Position numbers and translations under genes: made by a program. 60,437 nucleotides of DNA from Candidatus Saccharimonadota bacterium (GTDB taxonomy: Bacteria > Patescibacteriota > Saccharimonadia > Saccharimonadales > VXPC01), in assembly GCA_009839685.1 (NCBI GenBank), contig VXPC01000031.1:1-60437 (forward strand), written 5' to 3'. Below are positions 31,460-39,843 of this stretch, piece after piece. Each line of letters starts with the position of its first letter. The first letter of the stretch is position 1. Below the pieces are notes generated by a model, which was not told the origin of the DNA, ran no database searches, and saw nothing but the letters and a program-made list of their open reading frames with translations.

Positions 31460-34258
31460 TCAGTTGCCGCCGTTATTTTTGTCCGGCTGGCCATCCCCGC
31501 CGGCGCCCTTGCCGGCCTGACCGGAAGCGGCGGCCGGCTTGCGCTTTTTACCCGCAGCATCCGCCTTGACCGGCTGGGGTTGCCCGGGCGCTTGCCCCTT
31601 CTTGGCCAATTCATCCAGCAGGCCGCGACGGCGCTTCAGCCAATCTTCCAAAAATTTGTTATCGGGCGGCAGTTTTGGCGGCCGGGGAGGCGGCCCAGAG
31701 CGCAGGTTATCGGGCGGCAAAGCCCCGTTTATGCCCATGCCCGGTGGCGGTGCGAAGCGCTGACCGGCCGGCGGCATGGGTTGGCTCATGCCCGGTGGTG
31801 GAAGATCCGCAAAAGCCGGCTCGCGAACCTCCAAGCGCTTGTTAATCTCCTCTTCGACTTCGGCTCGCGGGCGGCCGTATTTGCCAAGCAATGCCTTTTC
31901 ATTCCTCTCTTTCCGGTCGTGGTCAAAGGCAGTTTGCGGCGGCAGCGTCTCCATATTAAAGGGGGCGGTCGGCGTACCGTCAATCAGGGTGCGGGTTATC
32001 GTATTGCCGAGCGGCAAGCGGGTCAGGTCGCTGATTTCAAAACGCTCGTGGTAGAACTGTTTTACCAGCTTGTCGGCGTCCTCGGCGCCTATCCTGAACG
32101 AAACGGCCGTACCGACATTGCCCAGAACCGAATCCCTCATTTCCTCCTTCAGCTGGGTCATGTGCTGGTTGGCGACCACCAGCGATAGCCGGTATTTGCG
32201 GGCGCCGGACAAGATATTGGCGAAAGAATCGGTCGCAAAATTCTGAAACTCATCGATATAAAGCGTGAAGTCAGGTCTTTGGCTCTCCGCCACATCGGCG
32301 CGACTGAAAGCCGCCATCTGAAATTTGATTACGAACAGCATGCCCAGCAATTTCATATTCAATTCGCCCGTCCGGCCGAAGCTGAGGTTGATAATCATCA
32401 TCTTGCCCTCGTCCATAATCTGCCGCAAGTTAAACGAGCTCTCGTTCTGGCCGATAATGTTGCGCATCATGTTATTGGACAAAAAAGCGGAAAACTTGGC
32501 CACGAACCAACTCTTCATATCACCGAACTCGCTTGATCTGGCCGCGTCAACTATCTCCTTGCGCCAGAAGTCGATAACCGTTTGATCCTTGACATGACGC
32601 AATTTTTGTTCAACGAAACGCCGGTCATTGAAAAGTTTGGGAACATCTATGAAAGTTCCGCCCGCGGGATCGGCCATAATCAGCTTGGCGGCGTTGCGGA
32701 AGGTATGTTCATAGCGGGGTCCCATAATGCCTTGGTGGTGGGGATCGTAGAGCTTGTACAGCATGGCAATCGCTTCTTGTATAAGCTCGTCTTGGTGATC
32801 AATGCTGTCGTGCTCGAAGATATTGAAACCCATCGGGTTATCCAAATTGCCGGGGTTGAAATAAACCACTTTATCCATGCGATCTTCCGGAATCATGGAT
32901 AAGATCCTGTCGGCCGTCTCACCGTGGGGGTCGACAAAGGCGAACCCCTTACCGGCCGCCATATCCTGCAGGATGAGGTTTTCCAGAAGGACAGATTTAC
33001 CTGTCCCGGTCTGGCCGACGATGTACATATGGCGCATTCTATCCTCGTCACTCAGGAAGACGTTTTTCTTTTCGTCCCTGAAAACGTTATGCCCCAGCAG
33101 CAAGCCTTCTGCCGGAAAATTACGCGGGCCGTCCACCTGTTTGGAGGTCTGCCTTTCGAGTTGCGAGGTCGGGATGTTGGTCTCGTCCGGCAGATGGAAG
33201 ATGGTTGCCATTTCGTTGGTATTCAAAATGCTCCTCCTGGCGTTGGCGGGGAATATCCGCAGGTTGAAGTCGTCCACGAATTTGCCTATCTTCTTGGCTG
33301 GCGAAACCTTGAAACTGTTACTCTTCGGCGCGTTCGTCAGGGCAAAGGCGGCCAAGATATTGTTCTGAATATCCCGGCTACGCTGGGTATCAGTTGTCGA
33401 GGTTACAACGCGTATCAAAACCTCAAAGCCGGGGTGCATGATTTTCTTCTCTATGGATTCGATCAACCCCTTCTCCAAATTGGTCAGCTCTTTCTTCGCT
33501 GGCGGGCCGGCTTCCTTGCTCTCAGGTGATTTGAAGAAGCCTAGCAGCAGCTCCTTTAAGAAGTTGCTGTCGTCCTTGCCGGCAATTTTCTTGGCGACAG
33601 CTTGAGCGTTATTCGTCCAATCCTTGCCGGCCGGCCGCAGAAGAATTTGGATACCGGCGCCGTCCTTGTCCTTCAGCTCTGACATGGCGCCAAGCAAAGC
33701 TTTCATAATGTCTTGCTTAGAATCCAGATAGGTGGCAATCGGGTAAGCGTAATCTTCTTTGAGCGCCAGTTCTGTACCGATGACGGACTCCGGCTTTATT
33801 TGGGAGTCGAAAAGATTGTGGTCCGGCACCTCTTCCACTTTAGCGCTCTTGTAAGTGCTGCTGATCGCCTGGCGGATAACCGGTACCAGATTGTCAGGGG
33901 CGGCGGCATAAAAGCGGACTTCGCCGCTCTTGGCTATGATTTCAAAGCCTACGTGCTCTTGGCCGTAATAAAGCGCCTTGAACCCTTTCTTACCGGCGAT
34001 TGACACCAGTAAGCCGTACAGAATCGTGGCTCTGGCAATATTTTCCTCGACCACATCGCGGCTGTCTCTGCTTTTTACTTCCACGTCCTCGCTTGCAGGT
34101 GGCAAATGGATTTGCAGATTGACCATCGCCAAGCCCCTCTCCAGATTCTTGTATTTACGCTTCCTGGCCCTGATTGTCAAGAAGACAACAAAGACCAGAA
34201 CTAGGGAGGCTAAAAGAAGCGCTGAAAAAGTTAAAACAATAGTCAACATAACCACCAC
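31460..34258 (-). CDS. VirD4/TraD/TraG-like type IV coupling-protein ATPase with an N-terminal TM anchor and a Pro-rich C-terminal tail
   Basis: 932 aa. It has an N-terminal TM (VVMLTIVLTFSALLLASLVLVFVVFL), Walker A IVGQTGTGKS, Walker B FTLYIDEFQNF, and VANQHMTQL...GNVGTAVSFRIG (TraG-D_C-like). The tail is PPPGMSQPMPPAGQRFAPPPGMG...PPPRPPKLPP. Confidence 0.75.
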   Translation of the reverse strand: MVVMLTIVLTFSALLLASLVLVFVVFLTIRARKRKYKNLERGLAMVNLQIHLPPASEDVEVKSRDSRDVVEENIARATILYGLLVSIAGKKGFKALYYGQEHVGFEIIAKSGEVRFYAAAPDNLVPVIRQAISSTYKSAKVEEVPDHNLFDSQIKPESVIGTELALKEDYAYPIATYLDSKQDIMKALLGAMSELKDKDGAGIQILLRPAGKDWTNNAQAVAKKIAGKDDSNFLKELLLGFFKSPESKEAGPPAKKELTNLEKGLIESIEKKIMHPGFEVLIRVVTSTTDTQRSRDIQNNILAAFALTNAPKSNSFKVSPAKKIGKFVDDFNLRIFPANARRSILNTNEMATIFHLPDETNIPTSQLERQTSKQVDGPRNFPAEGLLLGHNVFRDEKKNVFLSDEDRMRHMYIVGQTGTGKSVLLENLILQDMAAGKGFAFVDPHGETADRILSMIPEDRMDKVVYFNPGNLDNPMGFNIFEHDSIDHQDELIQEAIAMLYKLYDPHHQGIMGPRYEHTFRNAAKLIMADPAGGTFIDVPKLFNDRRFVEQKLRHVKDQTVIDFWRKEIVDAARSSEFGDMKSWFVAKFSAFLSNNMMRNIIGQNESSFNLRQIMDEGKMMIINLSFGRTGELNMKLLGMLFVIKFQMAAFSRADVAESQRPDFTLYIDEFQNFATDSFANILSGARKYRLSLVVANQHMTQLKEEMRDSVLGNVGTAVSFRIGAEDADKLVKQFYHERFEISDLTRLPLGNTITRTLIDGTPTAPFNMETLPPQTAFDHDRKERNEKALLGKYGRPRAEVEEEINKRLEVREPAFADLPPPGMSQPMPPAGQRFAPPPGMGINGALPPDNLRSGPPPRPPKLPPDNKFLEDWLKRRRGLLDELAKKGQAPGQPQPVKADAAGKKRKPAAASGQAGKGAGGDGQPDKNNGGN

Positions 34259-34286
34259 AATTATGACACACGGAAGCCGCTAGCAA

Positions 34287-34658
34287 TCAGAAACGGGCGT
34301 CTCTGAACCGTTTCCTGCAATAGCTGATAGTCTGTTTTGATTTATGAAAATCAGAGCGTTGCTCGCCCAAATGAGATGCCAGCTCGGCTACCAGCGAACG
34401 CTTGTTCTCAGCCGATCCTTGTCCTGCTTTACTAGTGGAAAGAGCATTTTGGCCGTTCCCCGGAGTTTCGACTACCTTCTCATCGAATTGGGAAACGGGG
34501 GCGTCCAATGCATTCTCCCGGATATGACCGGTCGATTCATCGGTTTCTTGGCTTCTGATCCCGGAAGCATTCGTTTCATCAAGTTTAACCCCCTCAGCAT
34601 GGAAACGCTCATCAAAGCTCTCGTTATCGGGGAGTATACTTCGTTCCTTATCACTCAT
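34287..34658 (-). CDS. acidic, probably disordered hypothetical protein
   Basis: 123 aa, Glu/Asp/Ser-rich, immediately upstream of and co-directional with the coupling-protein gene. Confidence 0.45.
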   Translation of the reverse strand: MSDKERSILPDNESFDERFHAEGVKLDETNASGIRSQETDESTGHIRENALDAPVSQFDEKVVETPGNGQNALSTSKAGQGSAENKRSLVAELASHLGEQRSDFHKSKQTISYCRKRFRDARF

Positions 34659-34703
34659 GATATTTCACCTGACTTCACCCCTATTATAAACTCTTTCGGG
34701 TTT

Positions 34704-35051
34704 TCATAAAACCTTAATCGCATACCAGCATATAAACAGGTTGAAAAACAGAATCACCAGTATGGAATTGAAGCTCACAAAATTCCAGCTGCTAATCAGC
34801 ATGACTTGGATCATGATAAAGCTGCTGACAAAAGCCCAGCGGCTGGCGGTTTGATGTTTGCAAAACAACGACAGGAATGCCTTGATGATAAAAAAAGACA
34901 AGACAGCTAAGATACTAAAGGCGCCTAGGATAATCAGCGGATCAAGGGATCCGTCTGCTTTGTATGGCGAGAAGTTGTTGAGGTAGACTAGAAAGCCAAC
35001 CCCCAAGCCTAATATAGACAGCCATTTCACCAAGAATCTTTTAATTCTCAT
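34704..35051 (-). CDS. small integral membrane protein (3-4 TM)
   Basis: 115 aa, almost entirely hydrophobic helices. It is the first gene of the 35051-to-31460 co-directional set. Confidence 0.55.
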   Translation of the reverse strand: MRIKRFLVKWLSILGLGVGFLVYLNNFSPYKADGSLDPLIILGAFSILAVLSFFIIKAFLSLFCKHQTASRWAFVSSFIMIQVMLISSWNFVSFNSILVILFFNLFICWYAIKVL

Positions 35052-35721
35052 TCAACTAATATAATAACCTCGAATGAAGTTTTCTAGACAACAAAAAGAT
35101 TCCGGTCTGCGGACTGAACTCACATTTAAAAAATTATTGGATTCTATTAATTAATGCTCAGCTTTGACCGGAATCTTAGGCTTATAAGTTTAGCTTCTCG
35201 CGCCCTTTAAGTGGGCGGACTTTTTATGTTGTTTAACATGAGCCTTATCATATCACATATGCTTAGTGAAGTAAATCACTTATTACGTAAATAATGATGA
35301 TTTAAAAACAACGGTTAAGGTGTAAAGCTCTTACATATCCTCTCGGTTATCTAAAATAATAATCCCAATTAGGATGTATAAAATACAACTATATTAGAGG
35401 TTGGGCGAGATTAGCCGGCCCGATTCGAGCATCAGCAGGCCGCTAACAATATACGCCCTCGCAACTCTTACTTGCAGCAAAGTTATTGAGCATAATGGGA
35501 TCTTGGAAATTAAGATTTACAAGCTTCCAGCTTCCCGGCTTTGCTTGCCGGATATGTCAAAATAACTAGCCTTATAAGGTTATAAAGTGTAGTTTCGGAA
35601 AGATTCGGGAGTTCGGATCCAGCCCTATAAATAGCCAGAATTACCCCTTGTCGTACCCAGGTTTAGCGAATCCGGAAACTGGATGTTGTCATTTTCATTA
35701 CGAAAATACCTGTTATTCGTA

Positions 35722-35750
35722 TTGACAATTAAGCTTAAGGGTATTAAAAT
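35722..35750 (+). promoter_or_regulatory. consensus-like sigma70 promoter in the infC upstream region
   Basis: TTGACA, a 17-nt spacer, then TAAAAT. Confidence 0.5.
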
Positions 35751-35803
35751 TAGGCCAACACTTGATTAAAAAAAGTGTTCAAAAATAAAAATATAAATAT
35801 ATG

Positions 35804-35840
35804 AACAACGGCTTCTCGCAGGCCGTTGTTTCTTTGTTTT
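35804..35840 (+). terminator. intrinsic terminator/attenuator in the infC-rpmI-rplT leader
   Basis: AACAACGGC, a 9-nt loop, GCCGTTGTT, then TCTTTGTTTT. It lies ~55 nt after the promoter above and ~110 nt before the infC start. Confidence 0.55.
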
Positions 35841-35947
35841 CAGGTGTAGGCGTAACATTCTTCCCTCTCCAGAGCCGGGTGTTATAGTAATCTGGATGTT
35901 ATCTGATGCTTGCCCCTGTAGGTATAACCTGTTAGAATATAGCCGTT

Positions 35948-36490
35948 ATTAACAACAAGCCACGGAGTAAATTCACCAATAGGAATCCTAGTATAAACGA
36001 GGCGATTGCTGCTTCTAAGCTGCGTGTTATAAATCAAGACGGCGATCTTTTGGGCATACTGTCTAAAAATGAGGCCCTGGAGGCGGCTAGGCGAGATAAC
36101 TTGGATCTAGTCCTAGTTGCCGCCAATTCGGAGCCACCTACGGCTAAAATAATCGACTGGGGTAAATACAATTACCAGAAAAAGAAGAAACGGCAGCAAA
36201 ACCGTCAGGCGCATCTCAGCAAAATCGGCAACTTCAAACAGATGCGTTTCGGAATGAAAATAAGCGACTATGATCTGGAAGTAAAACTACGCAAGGTTAA
36301 CAAATTTTTGGAAGAAGGATGCAAGGTGAGACTGACTATCGTCTTGAGAGGACGGGAGATGGAACATAAAGATTTGGCTTTCGAGATGGCTGAAGGTATT
36401 ATCAATAAGTTGGAGAATGTCGGTACGGTCGAACAAAAGCCCCGTCTCGGCGGCCGCCAAATAAGCATGATCATCAGGAGTAGTAAGTAA
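35948..36490 (+). CDS. infC: translation initiation factor IF-3, probably with an AUU start
   Basis: ORF-track entry 36050..36490 starts too late. The frame is open back to a TAG at 35933-35935 and encodes ..PSINEAIAASKLRVINQDGDLLGILSKNEALEAARRDNLDLVLV, the conserved IF-3 N-domain. The only plausible starts are ATT 35948 or ATA 35939, and IF-3 classically uses AUU. Confidence 0.85.
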   Translation: MNNKPRSKFTNRNPSINEAIAASKLRVINQDGDLLGILSKNEALEAARRDNLDLVLVAANSEPPTAKIIDWGKYNYQKKKKRQQNRQAHLSKIGNFKQMRFGMKISDYDLEVKLRKVNKFLEEGCKVRLTIVLRGREMEHKDLAFEMAEGIINKLENVGTVEQKPRLGGRQISMIIRSSK

Positions 36491-36679
36491 ATGCCGAAGC
36501 AGAAAACCCACCAAGGAGTCAAGAGCCGCTTTAAAATAACCAAGAACAAGCGGGTCCTAGCTCGTAAGTCCAACCGCAATCACAACCTCAGTAAGAAAAG
36601 CCCCTCGCGCAAGCGGACCTTCGCCAAGTTGAAGGTCATAGGCGGCAAGTTCGGCAAGAAGATAGCCAAGGAGATCTAA
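36491..36679 (+). CDS. rpmI: 50S ribosomal protein L35
   Basis: 62 aa starting MPKQKTHQGVKSRFKITKNKRVLARKSNRNHNLSKKS. Confidence 0.9.
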   Translation: MPKQKTHQGVKSRFKITKNKRVLARKSNRNHNLSKKSPSRKRTFAKLKVIGGKFGKKIAKEI

Positions 36680-36680
36680 A

Positions 36681-37022
36681 ATGCGCGTTAAGAAAGGCGT
36701 CACAGCCCACAACAGGCACAAGAAAGTCAGAAAAGCGACCAAGGGCATGATAAAGTCCAGGCGCAGCAGCTACCGGCTGGGCAAACAGGCTTTAATCAGG
36801 GCGCTGCAGTACGCTTACAGGGATCGACGGACCCGGAAGCGAGCCATGCGCCAACTCTGGACCATCCGCATCAATGCGGCGGCCAGAGAACACGGTATAA
36901 AATACTCGGAGTTTATCGCCAAGCTCCAAAAATCCAAGATCGAACTCAACCGCAAATCCTTGGCGGAACTGGCCGTGCATGAACCTCAGGCATTTTCGGC
37001 CGTTGTCAAAAGCCTCAAATAA
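36681..37022 (+). CDS. rplT: 50S ribosomal protein L20
   Basis: 113 aa starting MRVKKGVTAHNRHKKVRKATKGM...YAYRDRRTRKRAMRQLWI.RINAAARE. Confidence 0.95.
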   Translation: MRVKKGVTAHNRHKKVRKATKGMIKSRRSSYRLGKQALIRALQYAYRDRRTRKRAMRQLWTIRINAAAREHGIKYSEFIAKLQKSKIELNRKSLAELAVHEPQAFSAVVKSLK

Positions 37023-37362
37023 GCCAGATAGCCGTAAGCCGGGTTCTGTCGTGGCCAATCATCTGTCTACAATAACGATTGCTCGTCATTTCTAGCGGTT
37101 CAACGCAATCCAAGCAGCGAGCAACTTGAGCCTGGACTGCTCCTTGCTACAGGTAGGGTTTACCTGCTCCCGCCTGTCACCAGACGGGATTGTGAGCTCT
37201 TACCTCACTCGTTTCACCCTTGCCCGAATCTAAGCATCGGGCGGTACGCGTTTCTGTGGCACTTTCCCTAGAGTCGCCTCCGGTTGCCGTTAGCAACTAC
37301 CCTGCTCTACGTAGCCCGGACTTTCCTCCAGCGAAGCTGGCGATTGGCTGGCTATCTGGCAG
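37023..37362 (-). ncRNA. rnpB: RNase P RNA, bacterial type A
   Basis: The reverse complement has P1 CCAGATAGCC...GGCTATCTGG, GGAGGAAAGTCCGGGCT, CACAGAAACGCGTACCGCC, GCAAGGGTGAAA and ACAGAACCCGGCTTA. ORF 37220..37426 (+) is spurious. Confidence 0.9.
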
Positions 37363-37381
37363 GCCTAATTCTAGCAAAGAT

Positions 37382-37987
37382 TCAGACGTTCTGGTCCAAA
37401 ATCTGATTTACCAAGGAGTCAGCTAGCCTATTATGGCTACGCGGGATGTAGGTAATCTGGTAGGATTTAAGGCCGGCAAGGTCTGACTTGACGGCTTGGT
37501 AAATCGGCAACAAGTCCTTGTGCTTGATTTTATACTCGCCTTTAATCTGCCTGACTATCAGCTGGCTGTCCATATAGATGCTCAAATGTTCTATCCCGCG
37601 CCTCAAGGCGGCGGCAACGCCCTCCTTCAACCCCATGTACTCCGCATAGTTATTGGTGCAGTGCTCAAAAAATTTGCCGCCTTCCTCCAAAGATTTGTCC
37701 TCAGCGTCTAAAATCGCGAAGCCGCAGGCTCCCGGACCCGGGTTGCCTCTGGAGCCGCCGTCGCAGAACAGGCGGGCGGGCGGCTCGGATCCAGCTTCGA
37801 ACCCTTCCAATAGCCGCAGGAGGGGTGAATCCCGGTCCGGCAAGGTGATTTTCAAGCGGCAGCCGTTGATCTCGAGTCGGAGATTAAGATCCGGCAGCCG
37901 GCGGGCCTGGGCGCCGAGACGATCCAAGAAACCCCAAATCTCCTCAGGGTCGGCAAACTCCTTCTCCAAAGTTCTCGGCGTTTTCAT
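37382..37987 (-). CDS. rnhA: RNase HI-type ribonuclease H with a ~65-aa N-terminal extension
   Basis: ORF 37382..38107, trimmed to ATG 37987 because the first 40 codons are the antisense of tRNA-Pro. The C-terminal domain has LFCDGGSRGNPGPGACGF, NNYAEYMGL, IYMDSQLIV and the RSHNRLADSL DEDD pattern. Confidence 0.75.
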   Translation of the reverse strand: MKTPRTLEKEFADPEEIWGFLDRLGAQARRLPDLNLRLEINGCRLKITLPDRDSPLLRLLEGFEAGSEPPARLFCDGGSRGNPGPGACGFAILDAEDKSLEEGGKFFEHCTNNYAEYMGLKEGVAAALRRGIEHLSIYMDSQLIVRQIKGEYKIKHKDLLPIYQAVKSDLAGLKSYQITYIPRSHNRLADSLVNQILDQNV

Positions 37988-38020
37988 TTCAAGTTGAGAT
38001 TTAATAAAATAAACGAAGGC

Positions 38021-38097
38021 CGGGATGTGGCGCAGTTGGCTAGCGCGTACGGCTGGGGGCCGTGAGGTCGCAGGTTCAAGTCCTGTCATCCCGACCA
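38021..38097 (+). tRNA. tRNA-Pro (anticodon GGG), CCA encoded
   Basis: CGGGATGTGGCGCAGTTGGCTAGCGCGTACGGCTGGGGGCCGTGAGGTCGCAGGTTCAAGTCCTGTCATCCCGACCA, with anticodon loop CTGGGGG. Confidence 0.9.
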
Positions 38098-38272
38098 GTT
38101 TTTGCAAATCAAAAAGCTAGCGGCGACCCTGAGTTAAATCTGACGAAAAAACCCAAGGTGGAATTCCTCATAATCGACCCTTCGGACGACGGATGTTGGA
38201 TTTCCTTAAATGCATTTAGCAGATAATCATGGTATCGCCACTAGCAGGTTAATTATAGCTTATTTCACTGCT

Positions 38273-38890
38273 TTAGGGTAGGATGCCGAGAACCAGATCT
38301 ATCGCTCCCAGCAGCAAGGGGCTCAGCCACTGCTGCCCGAAAATAAAGATGGCGAAGACGACGAACAAGCCGAACGGCTCCATGAATCTCATGAAGTCGC
38401 GGACCGAGTCGGGCATGAAAACGTAAAGAACTCTTGAGCCGTCCAGGGGCGGTATCGGCAGCATGTTGATGACAAAGAAAACGACGTTGATGCTGATGAA
38501 CAGCTGCATGGCGTCGGCCCAGAACTGGTTGACGGCGATCAGGCTGAATAGCGCGCTGCCGACGAAGGCCAGCGCCAGATTGGTCAACGGGCCGGCTAAG
38601 GCAACCAGCGCCATGCCGTACTCCCCCCACCTCAGGCGGCTGGGATTGAAAGGCACCGGCCGGGCCGCCCCGACCGCCGGGCCGCCCAGAGACAGGAGGA
38701 CAAGCGGCAGAGCCACGGTATATATGGGGTGGATGTGCGCCAGCGGATTGAGGGTTATCCTCCCCTGCTGCTTAGCCGTATCGTCTCCTAGCAAATAGCC
38801 GGTGACGGCGTGCATCAGTTCATGCAGAACCATGGAGACAACTATGACTACCAGGCCGACTAAAATGGTGACCAAGATACCGTCGGGCAT
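38273..38890 (-). CDS. site-2 protease family (peptidase M50) membrane metalloprotease
   Basis: 205 aa with HELMHAV (HExxH in the first TM) and NMLPIPPLDGSRV (the NxxPxxxLDG motif). Confidence 0.8.
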   Translation of the reverse strand: MPDGILVTILVGLVVIVVSMVLHELMHAVTGYLLGDDTAKQQGRITLNPLAHIHPIYTVALPLVLLSLGGPAVGAARPVPFNPSRLRWGEYGMALVALAGPLTNLALAFVGSALFSLIAVNQFWADAMQLFISINVVFFVINMLPIPPLDGSRVLYVFMPDSVRDFMRFMEPFGLFVVFAIFIFGQQWLSPLLLGAIDLVLGILP

Positions 38891-38974
38891 ACTTCAAATA
38901 TAATTCAGGCTACCAAAATAGCCAAGGATGTTATAGAGTTGTAAGGTTGTAAAGCAAACTTATAGGATAAGATC

Positions 38975-39202
38975 ATGCAGAAATGCCAATTAAGCGGCAA
39001 GGGCAAGCAATACGGGCACAACGTCAGTTTTTCCCAGCGGCGCACACAGAAGGTCTGGAAGCCCAACCTGCAAAAGAAGGTCTTATACATCAATGGGCAG
39101 CGGATGCGCCTGAGAATCAGCGCCCACGCCTTAAGGACTCTGAAGAAGAAAAACCTCCTCTCCCCCGCCCCCAAGCGGAAAACGGCCGCGGCCAAGAAAT
39201 AG
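38975..39202 (+). CDS. rpmB: 50S ribosomal protein L28
   Basis: 75 aa starting MQKCQLSGKGKQYGHNVSFSQRRTQKVWKPNLQKK. Confidence 0.9.
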   Translation: MQKCQLSGKGKQYGHNVSFSQRRTQKVWKPNLQKKVLYINGQRMRLRISAHALRTLKKKNLLSPAPKRKTAAAKK

Positions 39203-39213
39203 ACGCTTGCGCC

Positions 39214-39840
39214 TCAGGTGTTTTTGAAGACTTTCAGGCTCAGCTGCTCGCTGAGATCGTTCCGCTTCAGCCTCAGGCCGCCCTCAACGAAAGACGTCTC
39301 GCAGGCAGCCAGCTTGATAAACTCTTCGCAAGATTGTTGCGGCACTTCGTACTTCAAGCCCTTTTGCTCATAATGAGTCGGGATAACCAGTTTGGGGTCG
39401 ATGCTTTTCGTCAACTGCAGCGCGCCGACGGCATCCAGAGTATAACCGTTGCCGCCCACCGGCACGAAGAGTACGTCGACCAGACCCAATTCTTCCAGCT
39501 GCGCGTCACTCAGTTTGGGCTGTATGTGACCGACCACCGCCAAGTTGATATCTTCGCAAACCACTTTGTAGACGGTGGCGTGCGGGTAATCGCCGCCGAT
39601 GAAACTGTCGACCCTGACGGCGTCAATCAAAATCTCGCTGACTTCATAACTGCCGGGCGTGCTGAAAACGATCTTGGCAGCCGGCGGCTCGGCGATTAGG
39701 CCATCGTTGGTCAAGCAGACTATGTCGTCTTTGCCGGCGATTACCTGGCCGCCCAAAGACGCCAGGTTGTCGTCAAAAACCAGAGTCGTACCATTAGACT
39801 TCAGCCTTAGGCAATTAGCCCCGAAAAAATCTATCTGCAT
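39214..39840 (-). CDS. MBL-fold (Lactamase_B_3-like) protein with a degenerate metal-binding motif
   Basis: 208 aa. The N-terminal MQIDFFGANCLRLKSNGTTLVFDD and C-terminal LVIPTHY match the UPF0173-like fold. The HxHxDH motif is not intact (CLTNDG). Confidence 0.55.
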   Translation of the reverse strand: MQIDFFGANCLRLKSNGTTLVFDDNLASLGGQVIAGKDDIVCLTNDGLIAEPPAAKIVFSTPGSYEVSEILIDAVRVDSFIGGDYPHATVYKVVCEDINLAVVGHIQPKLSDAQLEELGLVDVLFVPVGGNGYTLDAVGALQLTKSIDPKLVIPTHYEQKGLKYEVPQQSCEEFIKLAACETSFVEGGLRLKRNDLSEQLSLKVFKNT

Positions 39841-39843
39841 AAT

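Noticed and set aside
31382-32188. 268-aa + strand ORF, plus others across 31539-34283
   Set aside because: Antisense to the VirD4/TraD-like ATPase gene, with no motifs and biased composition.
35052-35720. AT-rich ORF-free region as a replication origin
   Set aside because: I found no TTATCCACA-type DnaA boxes in it, and there is no dnaA/dnaN nearby. The only DnaA-box pair in the window is at 49443-49470.
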